Source: Clostridia bacterium (GTDB lineage Bacteria; Bacillota; Clostridia; Christensenellales; Aristaeellaceae). From it: 64,000 nt of DNA. The stretch covers positions 1,078 to 65,077 of the forward strand of contig JAEDGL010000001.1 in assembly GCA_016297535.1 (NCBI GenBank). Reading direction: 5' to 3'. Of the stretch, positions 17,452-28,064 are shown one piece after another; the stretch's first letter is position 1, and each line of letters begins with the position of its first letter. Below the pieces are notes generated by a model. That model saw only the letters and a list, made by a program, of their open reading frames with translations, was not told the DNA's origin and ran no database searches. The position numbers and the translations under genes were made by a program.

Positions 17452-18555
17452 ATGCTGCTAACCGCCGAACAAAAATGCCTGCTTTGGCTGTCTCACGCAG
17501 AGGTTACCCCCGGCCATTTGCAAAAGCTGCTGGAGATCTTTCATACGGCCGAAGAAATCCGTCAGCAGTTTGGCAAAGCAGGCGGACCTCAGTTTGCCCC
17601 CGCCGTACGCAAGCAGCTGAGCGAAACCCGTTCCGCTGCCGCGATTGATGATCTGGCCGAAAAGCTGGAGCATTGCAATGTCAACCTGCTGTTTCTGGGC
17701 GACGAGGCCTATCCGGCTTCTTTGGCCAACATTCTTGACCCGCCGTATCTGCTGTATTATGCGGGCAGACTGTCCTGCATGCAGCTGCCTGCGGTTGCGC
17801 TGGTGGGTACGCGAACGCCCAGCCATTACGGAATCGAGTTTACCCAAAACCTGGCGCATGACCTTGCCAAGGCTGGCGTATGCGTTGTAAGCGGGCTGGC
17901 GCGCGGTATCGATGCAGCGGCGCATCAGGCGGTGCTGGATGCCGGCGGACACACCATTGGCGTTCTCGGCAGCGGGATCAACGTACCCTACCCGCCGGAG
18001 CATCGAAGCATGCTTCGGAAAATCGCAGGAGGAATTGGGCTTGTTCTTAGCGAATATCCGTTGAATGCAGCGCCGTTGGCGTATCATTTTCCACACCGAA
18101 ATCGGATTATATCCGGTCTGTGTGCGGCAACGGTGTTTATAGAGGGCAAAATTCAAAGCGGCGGAATGCACACCGTCCACTCCGCGCTTTCGCAGGGCCG
18201 CGATGTTTTTGCCGTTCCCGGCAGGGTGGGCACGGCCGGCAGTGAAGGTCCGCATGCCATTCTCAGGGAAGGAGCGCGCATTATCACCAGCGCGCAGGAT
18301 CTGCTTGACGATCTGGGGTTAACACCGCCCGGCCAGCCGGAGCGAAATGCTTCAAAACAGGTAAAGCTTAGCCCCGTGCAGAAAAAGATCGTCGCACAGC
18401 TTCGCATTCAGGAGCTTACCCCTCAGGAGCTCGCTCAGGCGTGCGAGCTGCCGGTGAACGATGTGATTACAGAGCTTGGAACGCTCGAAATCGTGGGCGT
18501 TGTTACCCGCGAGGTTGGAAATCGCTTTCATTTGCCGCTTGCGGCAAGGGAATAG
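17452..18555 (+). CDS. dprA: DNA-processing protein DprA
   Basis: 367 aa. Rossmann-like DprA core (VALVGTRTPS...VSGLARGIDAAAHQAVL...) and a C-terminal winged-helix-like tail. Confidence 0.9.
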   Translation: MLLTAEQKCLLWLSHAEVTPGHLQKLLEIFHTAEEIRQQFGKAGGPQFAPAVRKQLSETRSAAAIDDLAEKLEHCNVNLLFLGDEAYPASLANILDPPYLLYYAGRLSCMQLPAVALVGTRTPSHYGIEFTQNLAHDLAKAGVCVVSGLARGIDAAAHQAVLDAGGHTIGVLGSGINVPYPPEHRSMLRKIAGGIGLVLSEYPLNAAPLAYHFPHRNRIISGLCAATVFIEGKIQSGGMHTVHSALSQGRDVFAVPGRVGTAGSEGPHAILREGARIITSAQDLLDDLGLTPPGQPERNASKQVKLSPVQKKIVAQLRIQELTPQELAQACELPVNDVITELGTLEIVGVVTREVGNRFHLPLAARE

Positions 18556-18569
18556 AGGAGGAATCATCT

Positions 18570-20693
18570 ATGGCAACCACACAGGCTCGAAAACTGGTCA
18601 TTGTGGAGTCGCCTGCCAAGGCTAAAACGATTGAAAAATTTTTGGGAAAGGGATACAAGGTAGAGGCCTCTCAGGGGCATGTGCGGGATTTGCCCAAATC
18701 CCAGCTGGCCGTAGACGTGGATAACGACTTTGAGGTCAAATATATCACAATCCGCGGCAGAGGCGATATCCTGGCGCGCATCAAGAAGGAGGCCAAAAAC
18801 GCCTCCCGCGTATATCTCGCAACCGACCCTGATCGCGAAGGCGAGGCCATCTCATGGCATTTGGCCAATGCGCTTGACATTGATTACACCAAGCCATGCC
18901 GGATTGAGTTTCATGAGATCACCAAGAAGGCTGTCAAGGAAGCGCTGGAGCATCCCCGTCCCATTGATATGGATCGCGTGGATGCACAGCAGGCACGCCG
19001 TGCCCTGGACCGTCTGGTGGGCTACAAAATCAGCCCCCTGCTTTGGGCCAAGGTAAAAAAAGGACTTTCCGCAGGACGTGTGCAGAGCGTTGCCACCCGT
19101 ATGGTGGTGGAGCGCGAGCAGGAAATTGAAGCATTCATCCCCGAAGAATTCTGGGACGTGACGGCTGCTTTTTCTGCATTGAATGCCAAAGGAAAGAAAA
19201 TGACCTGCTATGCTAAGCTCGTTTCCCTCAACGGCAGCAAAGCGGTTATCCAGAATGCCGAGGAGGCGCAGGCGGCCCAGAAGCAGATCCTGAGCGCCTG
19301 TTTTGCCATTCAGTCGCTAAAAACGGGTGAAAAGCTCAAGCGTCCTCAGCCGCCCTTTACCACCTCCAGCCTGCAGCAGGAAGCCAGCCGCAAGCTCAAC
19401 TTTTCCACCGCCAAAACCATGCAGGTGGTACAGCAGCTTTACGAAGGAATCGACCTGGGCAAAGCAGGCACGGTTGGTCTGGTCACCTACATCCGTACGG
19501 ATAGCGTTCGCGTATCTGAGGAAGCCATTCAATCGGTCCGCAGCTTTATTGGCGAGCACTATGGCAGCGAATATTGCCCGGAAGAACCCAACCAGTACAA
19601 GGGCCGCAAAAACGCGCAGGATGCGCACGAGGCTATCCGTCCCACCTACATGAATCATACGCCCGAAAGCGTAAAGCCGTTTCTGACCCGTGAACAGTAC
19701 AATTTGTACAAACTCATTTACCACCGCTTTTTGTCCAGTCAAATGAGGCCAGCCGTTTTCCAGACTCTCACGATGGATATAGCCGGCGGGGATTGCGTGC
19801 TTCGCTATTACGGCGAACACATGCTGTTTGCGGGCTATCGCGCCGTCTATGTGGAAAGCATGGACGACGAGCAAGAAGAGCCCGAAAGCGTGCTTCCTGT
19901 TTTTGAGGAAAAGGCTGCGGTTGATTTTACCAAAGTGGAAACAGAGCAGCACTTTACGCAGCCCCCTGCCCGCTATACCGAGGCCAGCCTTGTCCGTACT
20001 CTGGAGGAAAAGGGAATTGGCCGTCCGAGCACGTATGCCCCCACCATTACCACCATCATTACCCGCGGCTATGTATCCCGCGAAAAGAAACGCCTGTATC
20101 CTACGGAGCTGGGCCGCATGATTACCGCCATGATGACCGAGTATTTCGGGTCCATCGTCGATACGGATTTTACGGCCTCCATGGAGGATAAGCTGGACAT
20201 GGTGGAGGAAGGCTCCACCCAGTGGAAGGAGATTCTTCGCGAGTTCTATCCGCCCTTTGCGCAGATGCTGAGCGTTGCCGAGGAGCAGATCGAAAAGGTA
20301 GAAGTAAAGGACGAGGTAAGCGATGTGCCCTGCGATAAGTGCGGCTCCATGATGGTATACAAGATGGGTCGCTTTGGCAAGTTCCTGGCCTGTCCCAATT
20401 TTCCGGCGTGCCGGAATGCAAAGCCCATTCTGCACTACATCGACGCGCCCTGCCCCAAATGCGGCGCGCGCCTGATGGAGAAGACCAGCAAAAAGAACCG
20501 CAAGTTCTACGGCTGCGAATGCTACCCCGAATGCGATTTCGTCAGCTGGGAGATGCCCATCACCGATCAGTGCCCCAAATGCGGCAGCTATATGGTAGAA
20601 AAAAAGGGAAAGCGCGGAGAAACCATTCATCTGTGCGCCAATGAAACCTGCCGCTTCAAAACAACCGTTGAATCCGAAAGCAGCGAAGAGTAA
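18570..20693 (+). CDS. topA: type I DNA topoisomerase
   Basis: ORF begins at 18441. ATG 18570 follows GAGGAGG. Toprim start KLVIVESPAKAKTIEKFLG. C-terminal C4 zinc ribbons (CDKCGSMM...CPNFPAC, CPKCGARL..., CPKCGSYM...). Confidence 0.95.
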   Translation: MATTQARKLVIVESPAKAKTIEKFLGKGYKVEASQGHVRDLPKSQLAVDVDNDFEVKYITIRGRGDILARIKKEAKNASRVYLATDPDREGEAISWHLANALDIDYTKPCRIEFHEITKKAVKEALEHPRPIDMDRVDAQQARRALDRLVGYKISPLLWAKVKKGLSAGRVQSVATRMVVEREQEIEAFIPEEFWDVTAAFSALNAKGKKMTCYAKLVSLNGSKAVIQNAEEAQAAQKQILSACFAIQSLKTGEKLKRPQPPFTTSSLQQEASRKLNFSTAKTMQVVQQLYEGIDLGKAGTVGLVTYIRTDSVRVSEEAIQSVRSFIGEHYGSEYCPEEPNQYKGRKNAQDAHEAIRPTYMNHTPESVKPFLTREQYNLYKLIYHRFLSSQMRPAVFQTLTMDIAGGDCVLRYYGEHMLFAGYRAVYVESMDDEQEEPESVLPVFEEKAAVDFTKVETEQHFTQPPARYTEASLVRTLEEKGIGRPSTYAPTITTIITRGYVSREKKRLYPTELGRMITAMMTEYFGSIVDTDFTASMEDKLDMVEEGSTQWKEILREFYPPFAQMLSVAEEQIEKVEVKDEVSDVPCDKCGSMMVYKMGRFGKFLACPNFPACRNAKPILHYIDAPCPKCGARLMEKTSKKNRKFYGCECYPECDFVSWEMPITDQCPKCGSYMVEKKGKRGETIHLCANETCRFKTTVESESSEE

Positions 20694-20708
20694 GAAAAAC
20701 CAGAGAGG

Positions 20709-22049
20709 ATGATCGATTCCGTGAGCGTAAAGGTAATCGGCGGAGGCCTTGCGGGATGCGAAGCCGCATGGCAGCTTGCCAGGCACGGCGTCCATGTAGA
20801 TCTGTACGAGATGAAGGCACAGCGTAAAACGCCTGCGCAGCATCTGTATACGCTGGCAGAGCTTGTTTGCTCCAACAGCCTGCGCAGCGACCGCTTATCC
20901 AACGCGGTAGGTCTTTTGAAAGCGGAAATGCGCAAGCTTGGCTCACTGATCATGCAGGTGGCGGATGCAACGTCTGTTCCTGCCGGAGGCGCTCTGGCAG
21001 TGGATCGGATCAGCTTTTCCGCCGGAATCGACAAAGCCATCCGGGAGCATCCCCTGATTACCCTTCACGAAGAAGAAGTAACGGAAATCCCTTCCGAGGG
21101 CACGGTGATCATTGCCTCCGGGCCGCTGACCAGCGACAGCCTGTCCGATGCCATCGGCTGCCTGCCCGGGCTTTCCACGCTGCATTTCTATGATGCGGCC
21201 GCGCCCATTGTAACCGCAGACAGCCTTGATATGGACAAGGTTTTCTGCATGTCGCGCTACGATCGCGGCGCGGATTATCTCAATTGTCCCATGGATCGCG
21301 ATACCTATTTGCAGTTTGTGCACGCACTGCAGACAGCCGAAACGGTTCCCGTGCACGGATTTGAGGAAAAATCCGTCTTCGAGGGATGCATGCCCATTGA
21401 AAGCATGGCCAAACGCGGCGATATGGCAATTGCCTTCGGCCCGCTCAAGCCGGTGGGGCTCAAGGATCCGCGTACCGGAAAAGAGCCGTTTGCCGTTGTG
21501 CAGCTGCGACGTGATAATTTTTCCGGTTCGCTGTACAATATCGTCGGTTTTCAGACCCGCTTGACCTATCCGGAGCAACGTCGTGTGTTTGGCATGATTC
21601 CAGGCCTGGAAAATGCGGAGTTTGCCCGTCTGGGCGTAATGCACCGCAACACCTTCCTCAACAGCCCCGGCTTTTTGGATGATACCTACCGCGTTATCCG
21701 GCAGCCCCGATTGTACTTTGCAGGCCAAATTACGGGCGTAGAAGGATATGTGGAGAGCGCCGCCAGTGGTTTGCTGGTTGGGCTTACAGTTGCCTGGCGC
21801 GAGCAGGGCAAACAGCCGCCGCATTTTAGCGGCAAAACGGCGATTGGCGCGATGGCGCGCTATGTAAGCACGCCGAACAAGCGTTTCCAGCCCATGAATT
21901 GCGCTTTTGGGCTGATTGATGCACTGGAAATCAAGCCGGGTGAAAAGCGCATCCGCAACAAGCAGGAGCGCTATGAAAAAATTTCTGAACGCGCTTTAGC
22001 GGAATTGGACGCGGTTATTGCACAAATGGAGCAGGAAAGCAACGCCTGA
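20709..22049 (+). CDS. trmFO: methylenetetrahydrofolate--tRNA-(uracil-5-)-methyltransferase TrmFO
   Basis: 446 aa. FAD fold VKVIGGGLAGCEAAWQLA. Sits in the conserved position after topA. The start could alternatively be GTG 20721. Confidence 0.93.
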   Translation: MIDSVSVKVIGGGLAGCEAAWQLARHGVHVDLYEMKAQRKTPAQHLYTLAELVCSNSLRSDRLSNAVGLLKAEMRKLGSLIMQVADATSVPAGGALAVDRISFSAGIDKAIREHPLITLHEEEVTEIPSEGTVIIASGPLTSDSLSDAIGCLPGLSTLHFYDAAAPIVTADSLDMDKVFCMSRYDRGADYLNCPMDRDTYLQFVHALQTAETVPVHGFEEKSVFEGCMPIESMAKRGDMAIAFGPLKPVGLKDPRTGKEPFAVVQLRRDNFSGSLYNIVGFQTRLTYPEQRRVFGMIPGLENAEFARLGVMHRNTFLNSPGFLDDTYRVIRQPRLYFAGQITGVEGYVESAASGLLVGLTVAWREQGKQPPHFSGKTAIGAMARYVSTPNKRFQPMNCAFGLIDALEIKPGEKRIRNKQERYEKISERALAELDAVIAQMEQESNA

Positions 22050-22088
22050 TCCGCATTGTATGATAGAATCATCCAGGAGGAACCACCA

Positions 22089-23456
22089 ATGAAACGTATC
22101 CTTGCCTACGCTTTGTGTATTGCACTGATGCTTGGCTGCCTGCCCGGCGTGTCGATGGCCAAGAGCAAGCAGATGGAAGACGGCGTACCCGTCTGGACGG
22201 AAGAAACGGTTCGCCAGTATGCGCTGGATTATATCGCCGGTACGGAAATGTCCCGTTTGTGGAACTACTACGACCTGCAAATCCGCCGCTACATGCCGCA
22301 GCAGGCCTTTGAAAATTTCCTGATTGATCTGGAATTCCTGACGGGGGATTTTCAAAAGCTGGGCAGTTACCGCTGCTTTGAGGAGCCGGAAAACAAGCAG
22401 AAAACACATGTTTTGCATCTGTGCATGGAGCGTGTGGATGTTGATATGTACTTTACGCATAAAAATCAGGAAGACGACTGGGAAGTGATGGCGCTTGAGT
22501 TTGTACCCTCAGCGGAGGAGGCCCTGCCGGAAGGTTTTATTGGAGCGCTGGAGGATGTTTATACCGAAACAGAGGTGACGGTTGGCACCGATCAATATCC
22601 GCTGAAGGGCATTCTGACCATGCCAAATAACGCAAGCGCGCAAAACTGCGTGCCTGCCTGCGTGTTCGTCCATGATTTTGGTGCGCACGACCGCGATCTC
22701 ACCCTTGGCAAAACAGCCATGTTCAAAGACTTTGCGGCCGAGCTTGCGGAAATGGGGATTGCGTCCATACGCTACGACAAGCGCAGCTTTACCTACCCCG
22801 ATGCCAGGCTTCTTACCCTTGGGGACGAGGTGGTACAGGATGCACTGTCTGCTGTGGAAATGCTGAAAGCCGATCCACGGGTGGATTCCAAGCGCATGAT
22901 CGTGATCGGTCTTGGTCTAGGCGCCATGACGGCGCCCCGGATTGCCTCCCAGTCCAATGGCGATGTGACGGGGATGATCATGATCGGAGGCGTTGCGGAC
23001 TCTCTGATTAACGTGGAATACAGCCGTGCGGGCAGCTACCTGAATACGCTTTCCGAAGAACAAAGGAACAACGAGCAGTATATTGTTCGCAATTTTAAAA
23101 GCATGACGGAAGGCAAAGCGCTCGAGCAGGAGGTACTTGGCCGCAGCGCGTACTATTATTGGGAAGCGGAGCAGTATCCGCAGGTGCGTACCATCATCAA
23201 TCTGGCGCTCCCGGTGTTCATTGCGCAGGGCAAGCGCGATCCTGTGGTGGATGAAAATCAGGGCCGCCGCGCCTATTACGAGGCGATTGGCAATTCATCC
23301 TATATCGAGTACGAGTCCTTCCGCGGGCTTAACCATTTGCTGATGAACGATCTAACCGTTGGCAGCAACGGAGAGCCCCAATACCAGATTGAAACCCATA
23401 TGGACAAATATGCAGCAAGAACCCTTGCAAACTGGATTTTGTCCCTGTATCAGTAA
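22089..23456 (+). CDS. lipoprotein with alpha/beta-hydrolase fold (nucleophile Ser replaced by Gly)
   Basis: ATG 22089 lies 9 nt after AGGAGG. Lipobox LMLGC. Nucleophile-elbow position reads VIGLGLGAM (GGT at 22914-22916) instead of G-x-S-x-G. Asp (GKRDPVV) and His (GLNHLLM) positions are retained. Confidence 0.7.
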   Translation: MKRILAYALCIALMLGCLPGVSMAKSKQMEDGVPVWTEETVRQYALDYIAGTEMSRLWNYYDLQIRRYMPQQAFENFLIDLEFLTGDFQKLGSYRCFEEPENKQKTHVLHLCMERVDVDMYFTHKNQEDDWEVMALEFVPSAEEALPEGFIGALEDVYTETEVTVGTDQYPLKGILTMPNNASAQNCVPACVFVHDFGAHDRDLTLGKTAMFKDFAAELAEMGIASIRYDKRSFTYPDARLLTLGDEVVQDALSAVEMLKADPRVDSKRMIVIGLGLGAMTAPRIASQSNGDVTGMIMIGGVADSLINVEYSRAGSYLNTLSEEQRNNEQYIVRNFKSMTEGKALEQEVLGRSAYYYWEAEQYPQVRTIINLALPVFIAQGKRDPVVDENQGRRAYYEAIGNSSYIEYESFRGLNHLLMNDLTVGSNGEPQYQIETHMDKYAARTLANWILSLYQ

Positions 23457-23475
23457 AAAAGAAGAGGTGAAACGT

Positions 23476-24009
23476 ATGGCCATGATGGGTACAACCATTT
23501 GCGCCGTCAAGCGCGGCGGACACATTGCCATTGCAGGTGATGGACAGGTAACCATGGGAGAAAATACTATTTTTAAATCCAGCGCCCGTAAAGTACGCCG
23601 TCTGTATAACGGACAGGTGGTTGTTGGCTTTGCCGGTTCGGTCGCGGATGCTTTTTCACTGTGCGAGCGTTTTGAAGAAAAGCTTACGCAGTGCGGCGGC
23701 AATCTGGAACGTGCTGCTGTTAACCTGGCGCAGGACTGGCGCGGCGACCAGGTAGCCCGAAAGCTTGAAAGCATGATGATCGTTGCGGACAGGGATTCGC
23801 TGCTGGTACTCAGCGGTACCGGCGAGGTGATTGATCCCGACGACGGCGTGTGCGCGATTGGCTCCGGCGGCAATTATGCGCTGGCTGCGGCGCGCGCGCT
23901 GGTGCAGAATACCAATTTGTCCGCCGAGGATATCGCTGTAAAGGCTTTGGAGGTTGCCGCGTCGATCTGTGTGTTTACCAACGACCACATCACTGTGGAA
24001 ACGCTCTAA
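23476..24009 (+). CDS. hslV: ATP-dependent protease subunit HslV
   Basis: ATG 23476 follows [35 protein letters not shown] contains the N-terminal Thr active-site region. Confidence 0.95.
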   Translation: MAMMGTTICAVKRGGHIAIAGDGQVTMGENTIFKSSARKVRRLYNGQVVVGFAGSVADAFSLCERFEEKLTQCGGNLERAAVNLAQDWRGDQVARKLESMMIVADRDSLLVLSGTGEVIDPDDGVCAIGSGGNYALAAARALVQNTNLSAEDIAVKALEVAASICVFTNDHITVETL

Positions 24010-24022
24010 GGAGGGAATTTTT

Positions 24023-25393
24023 ATGAAAGAATTAACCCCCAGAGAGATCACCCGGGAGCTTGACCGCTATATTATTGGTCAGGATGAAGCCAAGCGTGCC
24101 GTGGCCATTGCGCTTCGCAACCGCTATCGCCGCGCGCAGCTGGATGAATCCCTGCGCAACGAGATCAGCCCCAAGAATATATTGATGATCGGCCCTACGG
24201 GCGTTGGCAAAACCGAGATTGCCCGCCGTTTGGCCAAGCTGGTTCACGCCCCCTTTATCAAGGTGGAAGCCACCAAGTTTACGGAGGTTGGCTATGTGGG
24301 CCGGGATGTGGAAAGCATTATCCGTGACCTGACCGAAAACGCCATTCGCATGGTGCGCGAAGAATTTGCCAAACAGGTGGAAGCCCGCGCCTCTGTACTG
24401 GCGGAGGATCGCCTGGTTACACTGCTGGTTCATCCGCCCAAGAAAGGGCCTTCGAATCCGTTTGAATTTTTGATGAATCCCGGAAAAAAGGAACCTGAAC
24501 CCAGTCGCGAGGAACAGGAGAAGCTGGCCGTCCGCCGCGAGGATGTGCTAAACCAGCTGCGCAGTGGCGCGCTGGAGGAACGCGAAATTGAAATTGAGGT
24601 TGAGGATTCTTTGCCGGAGCTGGAGGTTGGGGGAAACTCCATCAGCATCGGCGATATGATGGGCGGCATGATGCCCAAAAAGACCAAGATCCGCCGTGTC
24701 AAGGTAAAGGAAGCCCGCAAAATTCTTCTGCAGGAGGAATCCGCCAAGCTGATCGACGAGGATCAGGTAAAGGAAGAAGCCATCCGCCGCTGCGAGCAGC
24801 AGGGCATCGTGTTTATTGATGAAATTGACAAGGTGGCGGGGCGCTCCGCAGGCGGCCATGGCCCCGACGTCAGCCGCGAGGGCGTGCAGCGCGATATTCT
24901 GCCCATTGTGGAAGGTAGCACCGTTAACACCAAGTACGGCCCTGTACGCACGGATTTTATGCTTTTTATTGCGGCAGGCGCTTTCCATGTGGCCAAGGTG
25001 ACCGATCTGATTCCCGAGTTGCAGGGACGTTTCCCGGTACATGTTACTTTGAAAAGCCTTACGCAGGAGGACTTCAAGGCCATCCTTACACAGCCGGAAA
25101 ACGCGCTTACCCGCCAGTACGAGGCTCTTTTGGCCGTTGACAAGGTGTTCCTCTCCTTTGAAGACAGCGCTATTGATGCCATTGCCAACGCCGCCTACGT
25201 AATGAACGAAACCAAAGAGGATATCGGTGCGCGCCGTTTGTTTGCTGTGTTTGAAAAGCTGCTGGAGGATATCAGTTTCAATGCCGGCGGCGATGAAATG
25301 CCCAATGTCTACCTCAACATTAACGGTGATTATGTGATTGAGCATCTGGGCAAGGATGAAGTAAAGCTGGATATGAAACGCTATATTTTGTAA
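24023..25393 (+). CDS. hslU: ATP-dependent protease ATPase subunit HslU
   Basis: ATG 24023 follows AAGGAGGG. MKELTPREITRELDRYIIGQDEAKRAVAIALRNR and Walker A GPTGVGKTEIARRLA. Confidence 0.95.
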   Translation: MKELTPREITRELDRYIIGQDEAKRAVAIALRNRYRRAQLDESLRNEISPKNILMIGPTGVGKTEIARRLAKLVHAPFIKVEATKFTEVGYVGRDVESIIRDLTENAIRMVREEFAKQVEARASVLAEDRLVTLLVHPPKKGPSNPFEFLMNPGKKEPEPSREEQEKLAVRREDVLNQLRSGALEEREIEIEVEDSLPELEVGGNSISIGDMMGGMMPKKTKIRRVKVKEARKILLQEESAKLIDEDQVKEEAIRRCEQQGIVFIDEIDKVAGRSAGGHGPDVSREGVQRDILPIVEGSTVNTKYGPVRTDFMLFIAAGAFHVAKVTDLIPELQGRFPVHVTLKSLTQEDFKAILTQPENALTRQYEALLAVDKVFLSFEDSAIDAIANAAYVMNETKEDIGARRLFAVFEKLLEDISFNAGGDEMPNVYLNINGDYVIEHLGKDEVKLDMKRYIL

Positions 25394-25466
25394 AGAAATC
25401 TGACCATTTTGGGCATAGCAACGGCATTCAAAACAAAGCCGGTCATTTTTCCCTGCATTGATTCCC

Positions 25467-25496
25467 GAACGGCCGCGTATTGTGCGCGGCCGTTTC
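25467..25496 (+). terminator. hairpin terminator after hslU (weak U-tract)
   Basis: GAACGGCCGCG, loop tattgtg, CGCGGCCGTTTC. Only TTT lies within the 3' arm. Confidence 0.45.
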
Positions 25497-25508
25497 GTAT
25501 GCTATAAT
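25480..25508 (+). promoter_or_regulatory. sigma-A promoter with extended -10 for mtaD
   Basis: TTGTGC (25480-25485), 17-nt spacer, TGcTATAAT (25500-25508). Confidence 0.5.
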
Positions 25509-25540
25509 AGCTTATAGTCCTGATAAGGAGGCAACACAAG

Positions 25541-26860
25541 ATGCGTACAAGAATCACCAACATTTTGATGACACCGGGCGTTACCGATGAGGCGCACATT
25601 CCTTTTATGGATGACGCCGAAATTTTGATTGATAACGGCCTGATTGTTTATGCCGGCAGGAGAGAAGACGCGCCTGCCTTTGAGGCGGATGAAACCATCG
25701 ATGGCAAAGGCGCGCTTGCCATGCCGGGGCTTTGCAATATGCATACCCATACGCCCATGACGCTTCTGCGCAGCATTGGCAGCGATCTTCCTTTGGATCG
25801 CTGGCTCAACGAAGCGATTTTTCCCGTTGAGAAGCATCTGACGGATGAAGCGGTTCGCGCCGGAACAGACCTGGGCATTATGGAGATGCTCCGTTTTGGC
25901 ACCACATCCTTCAACGATATGTATATGCATATGGATATGGAAGCCGAAGCCGTTCGCGATAGTGGTATGCGCGCGCTGCTTGGGCACGGCGTGGTGGATT
26001 TTGATGAAAGCTGCGCCGACCTGTTGCCCAACATCGCTCTGATTGAAAAGTGGAATCACGCCGCGGATGATCGCATTCGGGTTGCTCTGGCTCCTCATAG
26101 CGAAGGCGCCACTACGCAGAAGGTGCTGGAAAAAATCCGTTCCGCGGCAGAAACCTACCAGGTTCCTGTGCACATTCACGTCAGCGAGACCAAGCTGGAC
26201 TATGATGGCAGCATCAAACGGCGCGGATTAACGCCTCCGCAGTATCTGGATCAATTGGGATTGCTGGATTATCCTGTGCTGGCCGCACACTGCGTATGGT
26301 TTACGGATGAAGATATCGAGCTGTTTGCCCGCAAGGGAACCGTTATCCTGCATAATCCTGTAAGCAATCTCAAGCTGGCCAGCGGCGTTGCTCCGATTGC
26401 CAAAATGCTTCAGGCCGGTTGCAAGGTTGCACTTGGTACCGATGGCGTTGCCAGCAACAACAATCTCAACCTCTGGGAAGAAATCAAGCTGATGCCCATG
26501 CTGCAAAAAGGAATTACGCTTGATCCCACGGTGGTTTCTCCTGCGCAGACCATTGCCGCTGCCACCAGCGTTGGCGCAAAAGCCCTTGGGTATAGCCATC
26601 TTGGCTTGCTCAGGGAGGGCTACCTGGCCGACTTGATTTTGCTGGATTTGAACGGCGCGCATATGTCACCCTGCAACGATCTGGAGAGCAACCTGGTATA
26701 TTCCGCACAGGGTAGTGACGTACGAATGACCATGGTGCAGGGCAAGGTGCTGTATCGCGACGGCGAATTTACCACGCTGGATCCCAAACTGGTGGTGGAA
26801 CGCGCACGCAAGCAAGCCTCTCTGCTGTTTGAACGTGCCCAAGCCGCCAGAAACGCTTGA
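25541..26860 (+). CDS. mtaD: amidohydrolase, 5-methylthioadenosine/S-adenosylhomocysteine deaminase-like
   Basis: 439 aa. TAAGGAGG RBS. Metal motif LCNMHTHTPMTLLR and later ...HVSET... / ...LGTDGVASNN... motifs of the MtaD/SsnA amidohydrolase group. Confidence 0.85.
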   Translation: MRTRITNILMTPGVTDEAHIPFMDDAEILIDNGLIVYAGRREDAPAFEADETIDGKGALAMPGLCNMHTHTPMTLLRSIGSDLPLDRWLNEAIFPVEKHLTDEAVRAGTDLGIMEMLRFGTTSFNDMYMHMDMEAEAVRDSGMRALLGHGVVDFDESCADLLPNIALIEKWNHAADDRIRVALAPHSEGATTQKVLEKIRSAAETYQVPVHIHVSETKLDYDGSIKRRGLTPPQYLDQLGLLDYPVLAAHCVWFTDEDIELFARKGTVILHNPVSNLKLASGVAPIAKMLQAGCKVALGTDGVASNNNLNLWEEIKLMPMLQKGITLDPTVVSPAQTIAAATSVGAKALGYSHLGLLREGYLADLILLDLNGAHMSPCNDLESNLVYSAQGSDVRMTMVQGKVLYRDGEFTTLDPKLVVERARKQASLLFERAQAARNA

Positions 26861-26865
26861 ACGCT

Positions 26866-28062
26866 ATGAAAATTCTGGTGATATGCCAGCATTACTGGCC
26901 GGAAAACTTTCGCGTTACAGAAATCTGTGAAGCGCTTGTCCAGCGCGGCCATTCGGTGACCGCGCTTGTTGGATTGCCTAATTATCCAACCGGAATCATT
27001 CCGAAGGAATACCGTTTTTTCCGTAACCGGCATCAGTTCAGAAACGGCGTTGAAATCAAGCGTTGCTTTGAAATTGGCCGCCGTCCAGGCAAAGTTGGCC
27101 TTGCGATCAATTACGTCAGCTATATGCTTTCGGCCTGTATCAAAGCACTGTTGCACAAACGAGACTACGACGCAATTTATGCTTTTTCCACATCGCCTGT
27201 GCTGATGAGCCTGCCTGCTGCACTGCTTCGCTGCTTTACCTCCAAAAAGCTTCTGATTTATGTACTGGATATCTGGCCGGCCTGCCTGGCCGCTATGAAT
27301 GTGTCGGAGGGCTCCTTTCTGTATGCCTTTATGAAACGTGTAAGCAAATGGATTTACGCCAGAGCGGACGTGCTTACCTACTCCTCCAAACGATTTCAGG
27401 GATATTTGCAGAAAGTACATCAGATCAGCGTCCCGGACGAATGGTACATGCCCCAGTTTGCGGATGATGTGTTTGCTCAACCTTTGCCCTGCAAACAATC
27501 TTCCAAAGAAAAGCAGCTTGTTTTTGCCGGAAACATTGGCAAGGTTCAGGCGGTTGAGGTATTGATTGAGGCGGCGGCTCTGCTGCGCGATGAGCCTGTG
27601 CATTGGCATATCGTGGGCGATGGCTCCAACTATGAAGGCTGCAGGCAGCTGGCTGAAAAGCTTGATTTGCAAAAGCAAATCACCTTTTATGGCCGAAAGC
27701 CGTTGGAAGAGATGCCCTCTTACTATGCCATGGCCGACGCCATGCTTGTTAGCATGCGCAACGATATCAGCGTAAACGATACGTTGCCCGGCAAGGTTCA
27801 AAGCTATATGGCTGCCGGTAAGCCTGTGCTTGGTTCCATTGCCGGAGAAACGGCCTATGTCATCCAAAACGCGGCCTGCGGACTGTGCGCTCCGCCGGAT
27901 GATCCGGCAACCTTTGCGCAGGTGGTACGTCAATTTCTCGCACATCCTTCTCCGGAGCAAATGGGGAAAAACGGCAGGGAATATTATCAAGAGCATTTTA
28001 CCAAAAAGCACCATATGGATCAGCTTGAAGCTCTGCTCATGACGCTTTCAGGAGGAAAGTAA
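26866..28062 (+). CDS. glycosyltransferase family 4 (WcaI-like)
   Basis: MKILVICQHYWPENFRVTEICEALVQRGHSVTALVGLPNYPTG is a typical WcaI-type N-terminus. The listed ORF starts at TTG 26857, but ATG 26866 is preferred. Confidence 0.85.
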   Translation: MKILVICQHYWPENFRVTEICEALVQRGHSVTALVGLPNYPTGIIPKEYRFFRNRHQFRNGVEIKRCFEIGRRPGKVGLAINYVSYMLSACIKALLHKRDYDAIYAFSTSPVLMSLPAALLRCFTSKKLLIYVLDIWPACLAAMNVSEGSFLYAFMKRVSKWIYARADVLTYSSKRFQGYLQKVHQISVPDEWYMPQFADDVFAQPLPCKQSSKEKQLVFAGNIGKVQAVEVLIEAAALLRDEPVHWHIVGDGSNYEGCRQLAEKLDLQKQITFYGRKPLEEMPSYYAMADAMLVSMRNDISVNDTLPGKVQSYMAAGKPVLGSIAGETAYVIQNAACGLCAPPDDPATFAQVVRQFLAHPSPEQMGKNGREYYQEHFTKKHHMDQLEALLMTLSGGK

Positions 28063-28064
28063 GT

